A stretch of DNA of 64,000 nucleotides from Burkholderiales bacterium (GCA_036522275.1 DATDGC010000057.1:7561-71560); one strand, 5' to 3'. Shown: positions 34,761 through 43,502, counted from the first letter of the stretch. The notes: generated from the letters alone by a model not told the origin. Made by a program: numbers and translations.

Positions 34761-35819
34761 ATGTTCATAACAGGTATTGGAACCGCCAATCCTCCTCAGC
34801 GCTACACTCAGGCCGAGTGTTGGCTCGCCTATCAGGAAAGCAAGCAGTTTAAGCAACTCGACAAGCGCGCGCGCGCTGTGTTGCGAAAGGTCTTGCTGGG
34901 AGACAACGGCATCCGCACCAGGTATTTCGCCCTCAATCCGCTGAACGAAGTTTTTGATGCCACCCCCGACAGTCTGCACCAGCGTTTCGCTCAGCACGCG
35001 CCTGTTCTTGCCGCCCAGGCGGCCGAGCGCGCATTGCAGCAAGCCGGCCATCAAGCAGATGAAATAGACGCTGTCATTATCAGCACCTGCACCGGCTATC
35101 TCTGCCCAGGGCTCTCCAGCTATGTAGCGGAGCGTCTGGGGCTAAGACCGGATGTGCTGGGACTGGACCTGGTGGGCCAGGGCTGCGGCGCAGCTTTGCC
35201 GAACTTGCGCACCGCGGAAGCATTGCTGGCTGCCAAGCGTTGCCAACGGGTATTGTCAATTTGTGTTGAAGTGTGCAGCGCAGCTTTCTATATAGACAAC
35301 GACCCCGGTGTGCTGATCAGCAACTGTTTGTTTAGCGACGGCGCAGCGGCCGTTGTGCTGGCCGGCACGCCCAATCCGCGCTCTCGCCACGTCGAATGGA
35401 AAGCTACCGCCTCATTAACTGACTCGCTTGAGCGCGATACGCTGCGCTTCGAACAAAAAAACGGCATGTTGCGCAATATTCTCACCCCGCCTGTGCCGAA
35501 CCTGGCCGCCCGCTACGCCGAGCTGGTACTCAATGAAGTATTGGACAAGGCGGGCGTGACGCGCAGCCAGATCAGCACTTGGATCTGGCATGCCGGCGGT
35601 CGTGATGTGCTGGCCGCGCTGCAGCAGCAGCTCAGTCTCGCTGCGGCTGATCTTAACTGGAGCAGTACGGTGCTGAGCGAGTTTGGTAACTTAAGCAGTC
35701 CGTTTGTCTATTTTGTGCTGCAGGCGGCACTCAAAGGAAATGCGCCCGGTGGCTGGTGGTGGCTATCTTCTTTCGGCGCCGGTTTCAGTTGTCACGGCGC
35801 CTTGCTCGAAGTTCTCTAG
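34761..35819 (+). CDS. type III polyketide synthase (chalcone/stilbene synthase family)
   Basis: 352 aa. Cys-His-Asn triad contexts ISTCTGYLCPGLS, WHAGGRDVL and FGNLSSPFV. C-terminal GFGAGFS. Confidence 0.85.
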   Translation: MFITGIGTANPPQRYTQAECWLAYQESKQFKQLDKRARAVLRKVLLGDNGIRTRYFALNPLNEVFDATPDSLHQRFAQHAPVLAAQAAERALQQAGHQADEIDAVIISTCTGYLCPGLSSYVAERLGLRPDVLGLDLVGQGCGAALPNLRTAEALLAAKRCQRVLSICVEVCSAAFYIDNDPGVLISNCLFSDGAAAVVLAGTPNPRSRHVEWKATASLTDSLERDTLRFEQKNGMLRNILTPPVPNLAARYAELVLNEVLDKAGVTRSQISTWIWHAGGRDVLAALQQQLSLAAADLNWSSTVLSEFGNLSSPFVYFVLQAALKGNAPGGWWWLSSFGAGFSCHGALLEVL

Positions 35820-35841
35820 GCCGAAGGAACGCCACGTGAAC

Positions 35842-36546
35842 ATGCCGCGCTGTGTTGAACCAGAATGGCTGGATGAAATGCCGCCGGAAGACCTGCGCGC
35901 GATCCGCTCGCGGCGTGACCTGCAACGCGTCAACCGCTGGATGCAGCAGATGAGTATTATGCAGCGCACCTTGACCGGATTCTGTGGACAACGCGCGCCT
36001 CGCGCGCTGCTCGAATTGGGCGCCGGTGATGGCACCTTCATGCTGCGGTTAGCGCGACGATTCGCGCCGCACTGGAAAAACGTCAAAGTGATTTTGCTTG
36101 ATCGCCAGAATATCGTCAGCAGTGAGACTCGAGAGGGCTTCAAAGCTCTGGGATGGGAAGCCGAAACAATTACGGCGGACGCATTTGATTTTCTGGAGCA
36201 AGCAAAGCATCAAGCTGTTGATGTCATCACGGCAAACTTGTTCCTTCACCACTTCCAGTATGAAAAGTTAACTCAATTGTTGCTGCAAGCAGCCCGGATC
36301 ACGAATTTGTTTGTGGCATGCGAACCGCGTCGCTCAGCTCTAGCGCTGACCGGAAGCAGGCTGCTGTGGGCAATTGGCTGTAATGCAGTGAGCCGGCATG
36401 ATGCCGTAGTGAGCGTTCGTGCCGGATTTGCCGGGCAGGAACTATCCACGTTGTGGCCTGAGCAAACCAACTGGCGGTTACGGGAGCAGGCGGCGGGACT
36501 TTTCACTCATTGTTTTGTAGCGCATCGTTTTGGTGCGCAGCAGTGA
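35842..36546 (+). CDS. class I SAM-dependent methyltransferase
   Basis: SAM motif I LELGAGDGTF. The internal ATG at 35842 lies 22 nt after the PKS stop. Confidence 0.75.
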   Translation: MPRCVEPEWLDEMPPEDLRAIRSRRDLQRVNRWMQQMSIMQRTLTGFCGQRAPRALLELGAGDGTFMLRLARRFAPHWKNVKVILLDRQNIVSSETREGFKALGWEAETITADAFDFLEQAKHQAVDVITANLFLHHFQYEKLTQLLLQAARITNLFVACEPRRSALALTGSRLLWAIGCNAVSRHDAVVSVRAGFAGQELSTLWPEQTNWRLREQAAGLFTHCFVAHRFGAQQ

Positions 36547-36554
36547 GCAACGCC

Positions 36555-37766
36555 ATGAAATATGACGCGCTTATCATAGGCTCAGGTCCTGCTGGAGGGA
36601 CTGCGGCGGCGCTGCTCGCCAAAGCCGGGTGGTCAGTTGCGGTGGTGGAAAAGGCGAAATTCCCCAGGCGCAAAGTCTGTGGCGAATTCATTTCCGCAAC
36701 CAGCATCCCGCTGTTTCATGAGCTTGGCATTGCCCAACCCTTTTTCGAGCTTGCCGGTCCTGAAGTGCGCAAAGTCGGATTATTTGCCGGAGAAACGGTC
36801 CTGAACTCGGCGATGCCACGCCCGCGGAATTCCACCGAAATATGGGGAAGAGCGTTGGGGCGGGAACATCTTGATACGCTTTTATTGACTGGCGCTGTGG
36901 CCGCGGGAGCGCAAGTATGGCAACCTTGTACGGCGATGGAACTGCGGCGGGATAATGAAAGTTTTATTTGCAAAATCGCAGCTGGAGAGGCAGGGAAAGA
37001 ACTGCGGGCACGGGTGGTGATTGCCGCACATGGTTCGTGGGAGCGGGGCGCGTTACCCACGCAAACGATTTATCGAGCACATCGTCCATCTGACATGTTC
37101 GCCTTCAAAGCGCATTTTCGGGAGTGTGATTTGCCGGCCGGGCTGATGCCACTGGTGGTTTTCCCCGGCGGATATGGAGGGATGGTGCATAGCGACGGTG
37201 AACGCGTGAGCTTTTCCAGTTGCATACGGCGCGATTATCTGCAGCGCATCCGTCGTGAGCTACCGGGCGCCAAGGCGGCGGAAGCTGTTTTGCACCATAT
37301 CAAAGTTAGCTGCCGCGGCGTGTGTGAAGCATTGTCGCACGCACGGCTGGAAAATACCTGGTTATCCGCTGGTCCAATACGGCCGGGATTTCGCAAGCGC
37401 TATTTGCAGGGCATCTTTTTGCTGGGCAATGCCGCAGGAGAAGCGCATCCCATCGTGGCCGAAGGCATCAGCATGGCAATGCAGTCAGCCTGGCTATTGT
37501 GCGAGCGTCTTATCGCGCGGCAAGAGGAAGTTTTAACTGGTCGGGCGATCGAGGCAGTCGAGAGAGATTACTCTTCAGTTTGGAACGCGAGTTTTGCGCC
37601 GCACATCCATGCCGCGGCGTTATTTGCACATCTCGCGATGCGGCCGGGAACTGCGTCGATGCTGTTACCGATACTGAAGCTGTTCCCTGAAATTTTAACT
37701 TTGGGCGCGAAATTAAGCGGCAAGGCGAAACAAGTGATAACGGTGCCACATCCACAAATTTCGTAG
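36555..37766 (+). CDS. FAD-dependent oxidoreductase (geranylgeranyl reductase / flavin monooxygenase-like)
   Basis: Dinucleotide fold DALIIGSGPAGGTAAALLAKAGWSVAVVEK and GNAAGEAHP motif. Starts 8 nt after the methyltransferase stop. Confidence 0.8.
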   Translation: MKYDALIIGSGPAGGTAAALLAKAGWSVAVVEKAKFPRRKVCGEFISATSIPLFHELGIAQPFFELAGPEVRKVGLFAGETVLNSAMPRPRNSTEIWGRALGREHLDTLLLTGAVAAGAQVWQPCTAMELRRDNESFICKIAAGEAGKELRARVVIAAHGSWERGALPTQTIYRAHRPSDMFAFKAHFRECDLPAGLMPLVVFPGGYGGMVHSDGERVSFSSCIRRDYLQRIRRELPGAKAAEAVLHHIKVSCRGVCEALSHARLENTWLSAGPIRPGFRKRYLQGIFLLGNAAGEAHPIVAEGISMAMQSAWLLCERLIARQEEVLTGRAIEAVERDYSSVWNASFAPHIHAAALFAHLAMRPGTASMLLPILKLFPEILTLGAKLSGKAKQVITVPHPQIS

Positions 37767-37866
37767 GTAACTGTCACCTAAATTACGGCAAAGCGTTATT
37801 TCTCTAAGCAGTACGCCGCCTTGCCTGTAAAGCAAAAATTGACGTTCCTCCAATGTTCGACCCTAT

Positions 37867-38672
37867 TTAGTCTTTCACTTGCGTGCGGCGATACCCTGTC
37901 TTAGTCATTAGCCATTGGACTACACGAGGGAATACTGCGTGCTGCCAGTAGGTCAGCTTCATCAGGAATGGAATCACGATCAGCCGCTGGTTACGTTCGA
38001 CGCCCCTTACAATGGCGTTTCCGACTTGTTCGGGGGTTACCTCCGGGACCAGGTTCCCCATCTTTGGGACACGTTCACGGCTCCCTGGATTGTGTTCCCA
38101 GTACGGCGACTTCACGACACCAGACTCGTACAAGGTCACGCCGATTCCTGTGCCATCCAGATCCGCACGGATGCCTCTGTAAAGCCACGTACTGCCCAAC
38201 GGGCCGCCAGGTAGGCAGTGGCACCAGGCCAGACAAAACGTGATCCCACGGAACTGATATTCACAATATGGCCGCTGTTTCGTTTGAGCATGGCCGGCAA
38301 AAAGGCATGCGTCACATTGAACGCCGCGAAGTAGGGAACAGCCATCATCTCAACCGCCTCCGCGGGACTCGTTTCTTCAACAAAGAGCCATCTTCCCGCT
38401 CCCGCATTGTTGACAATGATGTCCGGCGTCCCCAGTTCTTGCGCGACTCGCGCGGTGACGGCCGCAACCGCGCCCGCATCAGCTAAATCAACGGGGTATG
38501 TCCTGGCTTCTCCACCCGCGGAGGAAATGTCGGCGGCTACCCTATCCAAAGCATCCTTGCGCCGAGCGAGAAGCACCAGGTGCCCCCCGGCTTTTGCCAT
38601 CGCTTTTGCGATAGCCGCGCCCATTCCGCTTGAAGCGCCAGTAACCAGCACTAGACTGCCTTTGATTATCAT
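37867..38672 (-). pseudogene. SDR family oxidoreductase split by a frameshift
   Basis: ORF 38136..38672 (TGASSGMG, NNAG, YLAARWAVRGFTEA) and ORF 37867..38199 (IRADLDGTGIGVTLYESGVVKSPYW...) are consecutive parts of one SDR in different frames. The shift lies near 38170-38180. Confidence 0.7.
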
Positions 38673-38718
38673 CGACTTGTCTCCTCATGCACCTACTGGC
38701 CTATTAGTTCGAATTAAC

Positions 38719-38763
38719 GGGCGCACCCGGCAGGATTTGAACCCACGACCCCTTGGTTCGTAA
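38719..38763 (-). pseudogene. orphan tRNA-Arg(ACG)-like 3' fragment
   Basis: Reverse strand reads TTACGAACCAAGGGGTCGTGGGTTCAAATCCTGCCGGGTGCGCCC: half of an anticodon loop, a T-arm and a 3' acceptor strand. No matching 5' half. Confidence 0.65.
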
Positions 38764-38956
38764 CAATGGAAGCATTGCGAGTACGTATCCGGAAAAGTAA
38801 CCCGGGAGCTACGGATCAAGGTCAATCTAGACCATAAATTCCCAACTTACAATCCGGGATAATCAGATCAAACTGAAAAGGAGTTATATTGCGCTTGCTC
38901 AGGACATGTATCCAAGTTAAATATTATGACATTCAACTTGGCACAAGAAACACAGG

Positions 38957-39211
38957 TCAGCTCACTTCCTTTGCGGTCTGTTTTTTGGGTCTACCGGCGC
39001 GGCCTTGTCCCGGACGCAAGATGGCCTCCCCACGAGTCTTAAGCCCTTGGCGGATCTGGTCCTTGGCGTCGGCTTCGCTAATCCCTTGGGGAAAGATATG
39101 CCGGTAGCGCAGCATCCCTTGCTCGCCCCGCGTTTCTACATCGCATACTAACTCGCCTTCTTCCGTGTTACTGCATTCGATGCGCACGTCATTCGTCATC
39201 AGGTTTTCCAT
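38957..39211 (-). CDS. hypothetical protein
   Basis: ORF 38957..39301. The ATG at 39211 gives an 84-aa product (MENLMTNDVRIEC...) with a basic C-terminal tail. No family recognised. Confidence 0.35.
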   Translation of the reverse strand: MENLMTNDVRIECSNTEEGELVCDVETRGEQGMLRYRHIFPQGISEADAKDQIRQGLKTRGEAILRPGQGRAGRPKKQTAKEVS

Positions 39212-39428
39212 GGTGTAGTCTTTAAGCCTTGTAAAGTTTTTCGCATGCCCCGCTTTTTCCCAACGCCGGGAAGAAGGGCGATTTGCGTGGGATATTGCCA
39301 AGAGTTACCTAAAACTTGCCAGCGCAAAGTTCAAGTCCATATATATAGACCGCGGGATGATGTTGCTCATCTCGACAGTTGGGGTCAAAAGGGTCAACTT
39401 GATGTTAAGTTGGCAATGCCCAGTCACG

Positions 39429-39614
39429 TCAGATCCCCGTTGTTTCGCCGGCGGCATCGGATTCCGTCGGTTCAGGCCGGTCCGCCGAAGCTTCCGGACT
39501 GGCGTCGTCCGCTGGAATCTTCTTGGCGAGCTTGCGCTGCCGTTTTTCTTCCTGCTTCCTTTTCTTCGTCAGATCTCTCTGGCGCTTCTCGAACTGGTAG
39601 TTTGATTTTGCCAA
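39429..39614 (-). CDS. small Lys/Arg-rich hypothetical protein (61 aa)
   Basis: MAKSNYQFEKRQRDLTKKRKQEEKRQRK..., TTG start with a G-rich SD. This resembles small basic proteins often found next to RNA-binding or cold-shock genes. Confidence 0.45.
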   Translation of the reverse strand: MAKSNYQFEKRQRDLTKKRKQEEKRQRKLAKKIPADDASPEASADRPEPTESDAAGETTGI

Positions 39615-39757
39615 GGCGTTACCCCTGATCGCGGCGGGTGCCGACTAGAACGGGTTGCGGGTCGGGAATGCCTGATGACGTCAGTGTGCGTCGAATAGGC
39701 GGCGCCGCGCACTCGACGGCGGCCACTTGCGTTCGGATCGGACGTGTCTGATGCAGA

Positions 39758-40075
39758 TTAGTAGCGGCCACTGCCGCCGCCACGCCGCCCACCACCACCA
39801 CCACGCCCGCCACCACCACGGCCGCCTTCCTGCGGACGGGCTTCATTCACCATCAGGCTGCGGCCGTCCATGCTCTTGCCGCTGAGCGCGGTAATGGCGG
39901 CCTGCGCCTCCTGATCTGTGCCCATCTCGACGAAGCCGAAGCCTTTGGATTGTCCGGTTTCGCGGTCGTTGATCACCTGCGCCGATATTACCGTGCCGTA
40001 CGCAGTGAACATCTGTTCCAAGTCATTCTTGCCAATATTCTGGCCCAGGTTGCCAACATAAAGCTTTTTGCCCAA
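39758..40075 (-). CDS. RRM-type RNA-binding protein with RGG-rich tail
   Basis: RNP2 KLYVGNL and RNP1 KGFGFVEM motifs. Gly/Arg C-terminus. Probable TTG start at 40075, preceded by GGAGAG. Confidence 0.8.
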   Translation of the reverse strand: MGKKLYVGNLGQNIGKNDLEQMFTAYGTVISAQVINDRETGQSKGFGFVEMGTDQEAQAAITALSGKSMDGRSLMVNEARPQEGGRGGGGRGGGGGRRGGGSGRY

Positions 40076-40262
40076 TTGAAACTCTCCAAGGTGAGGATAT
40101 GAGAAAGACTGCACCCCGCACAATAGCAAATATCGAGGCCGGAGTCGAATGATTTAACGGCAGTGGAACGAAGGCTCACTGATGAGTAACAACTTATGAA
40201 ACCGGGTACTAGCGCGAAGTCACTTCGTTTAGATAGCTAGAACGTTCGAGCCCTCGTTCGCT

Positions 40263-40303
40263 TCCCCGACCAGGGCTCGAACCTGAGACCTTCGGATTAA
40301 CAG
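40263..40303 (-). pseudogene. diverged tRNA-Asn 3' fragment
   Basis: Reverse strand CTGTTAATCCGAAGGTCTCAGGTTCGAGCCCTGGTCGGGGA matches the 3' part of tRNA-Asn at 41886..41961 at 36/41 positions. The T-stem changes are compensatory. Confidence 0.75.
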
Positions 40304-40559
40304 CTTTAAGAATACGCTATAACATATTGATTATTATCAGCTCTAACTTGTCAACGTTCGCAGACACACGCCAAGCGCGCTACGTTTGTGCTACGTATTG
40401 TTTGGCTCCCCGTAGAGGGAAATTTGAGCACTGGCAAGAGCAGCTAGAACTTCCCTGACGCCTCTGGTAACCGGCGCCTTCCCATATCAACGCTCACGAG
40501 CCGAGACTCGAAGAGAGATAATTGAATCACGATGTAAAGCGCTTGCAGCGTTTCGCACG

Positions 40560-41219
40560 CTATTGGCCGAGATGTGCGAGGGCGGCGCGCAGCGGTGCGC
40601 TGGAGATCTGAATCAATCCGCTGTAAGGCGTGTACATTTCCATGATCAGAAAGATCGCGCCGGAAACCGACAACACGGAGACGAACAAGCTGGCGACCAC
40701 GGTCGCGTTGGGAGGGGCGAAGAGGCCGAAGCTGATGAAAATAATGGTGAGCCAGAAAACCATCACGACCAGCAACGGCAGGGAAACCGAGGTGGTACTC
40801 TGTTCGTACATCAACCAGCGCGTTTGCCCGAAACTAACCACAATACTCAACGCCTGGGCCTGGATCGAGCGTTGCGTGTCGTCCTTCGGTGAGAGTCCCT
40901 GTATTTTGTCGTAGATAGCTTCGTTGCCGATGGACGGCGGCTCCAATTGGGAAAGGCTTGTACGGTCGTTCGACCACGTGCGTTCGAGGATGCGGACCAC
41001 GGCGTCGCGCTGCAGGTCACGGATTTCCTTCGTCTCCGGCCCGTAATGGGCCAGGAAGCGGTCCAGCAAGATGATCTTGGCGGACATCTCCGTCAGCGCG
41101 GTGCTCTGCGTATCGTAGGAACCCTTGGCTGAAGCGACCAGCAGACCAAGAACAAGCGCAGCCATCGTCCCGACCAGTCCTATCCCCAGCTTCACGACAT
41201 TTTTTGAATCAGCACTCAA
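40560..41219 (-). CDS. DUF4239-like membrane protein (N-terminus probably disrupted)
   Basis: 219-aa ORF from a TTG start, with two C-terminal TM helices. 47 further in-frame codons upstream encode a TM helix but are separated from an ATG by an in-frame TAG (see findings). Confidence 0.55.
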   Translation of the reverse strand: MSADSKNVVKLGIGLVGTMAALVLGLLVASAKGSYDTQSTALTEMSAKIILLDRFLAHYGPETKEIRDLQRDAVVRILERTWSNDRTSLSQLEPPSIGNEAIYDKIQGLSPKDDTQRSIQAQALSIVVSFGQTRWLMYEQSTTSVSLPLLVVMVFWLTIIFISFGLFAPPNATVVASLFVSVLSVSGAIFLIMEMYTPYSGLIQISSAPLRAALAHLGQ

Positions 41220-41443
41220 ATGATGCTGGGGCAGAGCGGCGCGAAGAGAGATGCCAAGCAGGGCGCCTCCGAAAACGCACGCTAACGCGATTAAGCTGAT
41301 TGCGATGGAACTTATGATCCACCTCGTAAGCCCAAAAAAAAGTAGCGCCTATCGGCGCATATGACGAATCTATGCTGCCATGAACATTAGAGGTTGTCGA
41401 CCGCGCTTCCGGTAACGCGTGCGGTCAGCAGCTTGAAAAACGG

Positions 41444-41770
41444 TTATCCGAACCTGCTTAAACTGTAATGCTCATCGATAAACTGACGGCACAAGGTTAA
41501 TCCGTCGTCGTTTATTTCTACAATCTTAGTGCCTATACACATGTCGGTGATATGCCGGACTTCTACTTTGCACTGTAGAAATTTTTTAGGATAAAGCTCG
41601 CACCTCAACTCAAGGACTTCCCCGGCAGAGAACTTTTTATTACACATGATCAGGAAACCTATGCTACTAAAGTTCTGGATCAGGCAAGGAATCCAAGCGC
41701 CTGGGACGGCCAATGCTCCTCTGTGGGTAATAGGAACCCGCAGCTCCGCGCGCAGGTCAGGCTTTTTCAT
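41444..41770 (-). CDS. PilZ domain protein (c-di-GMP binding)
   Basis: RxxxR (LRAELR) and NxSxxG (NFSSIG) motifs. The ATG at 41770 is preceded by GGAG. Confidence 0.7.
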   Translation of the reverse strand: MKKPDLRAELRVPITHRGALAVPGAWIPCLIQNFSSIGFLIMCNKKFSAGEVLELRCELYPKKFLQCKVEVRHITDMCIGTKIVEINDDGLTLCRQFIDEHYSLSRFG

Positions 41771-41798
41771 CGGTGTCTCCATTCCTAACGACCATCGC

Positions 41799-41866
41799 AA
41801 TCACAACTGAACCATAGAATTCGGGCATTTTATTAATCAATACCAAAGTGGTTACGTGATGGTTAC
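41799..41866. repeat. arm-like module B (reverse orientation copy of 14903..15029)
   Basis: Contains TGGTTACG-tga-TGGTTACG-t-TGGTTCT repeats. Lies between the PilZ start and the tRNA-Asn 3' end. Confidence 0.8.
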
Positions 41867-41885
41867 GTTGGTTCTAGTGTTTCCG

Positions 41886-41961
41886 TGGCTCCCCGAGTAG
41901 GGCTCGAACCTACGACCTGCGGATTAACAGTCCGTCGCTCTACCAACTGAGCTATCGGGGA
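41886..41961 (-). tRNA. tRNA-Asn (anticodon GTT)
   Basis: Reverse strand TCCCCGATAGCTCAGTTGGTAGAGCGACGGACTGTTAATCCGCAGGTCGTAGGTTCGAGCCCTACTCGGGGAGCCA folds as a cloverleaf with encoded CCA. Confidence 0.9.
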
Positions 41962-42131
41962 ATTTGGGTAAGCGTTTCGAGGCGTTCATGTTAGCGTTTT
42001 GGGCGTTTACGGTCAATTAAACTGACTAACAAAACGAGGCGATTACCGATGAAATGGCTTATTGGTTCCGGCATAACATGCTGCGCATATCAGCCTCCAC
42101 CGAAATCTGACTGGTCGCCGGAAAGCAGTCG

Positions 42132-43322
42132 TTAACTCAAAGCACCGTGGATTCTTTCCAGCGCCTGCTTCAGGTTCTCCATGGATGTCGCGAAGGAGAG
42201 CCGAATATAGCCTTCCGCGCCAAACGCCGAACCGGGCACTACCGCAACCCCTTTTTCCAGCAGGTATTCACAAAAAACGATATCGCTGCCGTTTTTAAGC
42301 AAGCCTTTGGCGTGCAGCCTGGCAATAGCTTGGCGCATGTCGGGAAATGCGTAAAACGCTCCGCCGCTCGGCAAGCATTTCACTCCCGGTATGGCATTGA
42401 GCTTATCCACCACAAACGCATGCCGCTCACGGAACGCTTTGACCATTGGCGTAATGCAGGATTGGTCACCGTTTAATGCCGCTTCAGCCGCCACTTGTGA
42501 AATCGAAGTCGGGTTGGACGTGCTTTGCGACTGTACGTTTTCCATCGCGGTGATGAGGGCTTCTGGCCCGCCTGCGTAACCGATGCGCCAGCCGGTCATT
42601 GAATAGGCCTTGGATACGCCATTCAGCACCATGGTGCGCGAATAGAGGTCCGGACAGGCGTTGAGGATATTCACGAACTTGCCTGTTTTCAGCAGGATGT
42701 GCTCGTACATGTCGTCGGTGGCGATCAGCACCTGCGGATGCCGACGCAGCACCTCGCCCAGCGCTTTCAGTTCGTCCAGTTCGTAGACGGCGCCCGTAGG
42801 ATTGCTCGGGCTGTTGATCACCATCATGCGGGTCCTGGGAGTAATTGCCGCTTGCAATTGCTTGACGGTGATCTTGAAGCCTTGCTCAATGCCCGCTTCG
42901 ATGATGACCGGCTTGCCTTCGGCAATCAGTACGATATCCGGATAGGACACCCAGTAAGGCGCGGGGATGATGACCTCGTCGCCGGGATTGATGTGCGCCA
43001 GCACCAGGTTAAAAAAGCTCTGCTTGCCGCCGCAGGAAACCAGAATTTGCCTGGCGGTGTATTCCAGGCCGTTGTCGCGCTTGAACTTGGCGATAACGGC
43101 GTTTTTCAGGCCGGGCGTACCGCCCACAGGGGTGTACTTGGTAAACCCTTTATTGATGGCGGCGATTGCCGCTTCCTTGATGTGCTGCGGCGTATCGAAA
43201 TCCGGCTCACCCGCGCCCAGGCCGATGATGTCCTTGCCTTCGGCTTTGAGCTTGGCGGCACGGGCGGTCACCGCAAGGGTGGAGGAGGGCTTGATTAACT
43301 GAACGCGAGATGATAGTTCCAA
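42132..43322 (-). CDS. pyridoxal phosphate-dependent aspartate aminotransferase (class I)
   Basis: 396 aa. GEPDFDTP and NPSNPTG motifs, and the SKAYSMTGWRIGY PLP-lysine context. Confidence 0.85.
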   Translation of the reverse strand: MELSSRVQLIKPSSTLAVTARAAKLKAEGKDIIGLGAGEPDFDTPQHIKEAAIAAINKGFTKYTPVGGTPGLKNAVIAKFKRDNGLEYTARQILVSCGGKQSFFNLVLAHINPGDEVIIPAPYWVSYPDIVLIAEGKPVIIEAGIEQGFKITVKQLQAAITPRTRMMVINSPSNPTGAVYELDELKALGEVLRRHPQVLIATDDMYEHILLKTGKFVNILNACPDLYSRTMVLNGVSKAYSMTGWRIGYAGGPEALITAMENVQSQSTSNPTSISQVAAEAALNGDQSCITPMVKAFRERHAFVVDKLNAIPGVKCLPSGGAFYAFPDMRQAIARLHAKGLLKNGSDIVFCEYLLEKGVAVVPGSAFGAEGYIRLSFATSMENLKQALERIHGALS

Positions 43323-43502
43323 TTCCGGTTTCCTCGTCGCTGGTTGCAGCGCCGGACATTGCCGGCGTGGTAAAATTAAACGTTTAAAACATTAAATCGA
43401 TTTTACGACCTAAAGTGAAGCTGGACACAATTTGGGGTAGAGGTGCTACGCGACCTCTACCCCAACCTCGCAGTTACTTAGACAAGGGTCGTTATTCTAC
43501 CT

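Noticed and set aside
39758-39860. Tandem CCACCACC / GCCGCC repeats
   Set aside because: They encode the RGG/Gly-rich tail of the RRM protein on the minus strand. This is coding low complexity, not a non-coding repeat array.
40243-40260. Plus-strand GTTCGAGCCC T-loop-like string next to the tRNA-Asn fragment
   Set aside because: It has no flanking stems or acceptor sequence and is too short to call a second tRNA relic.
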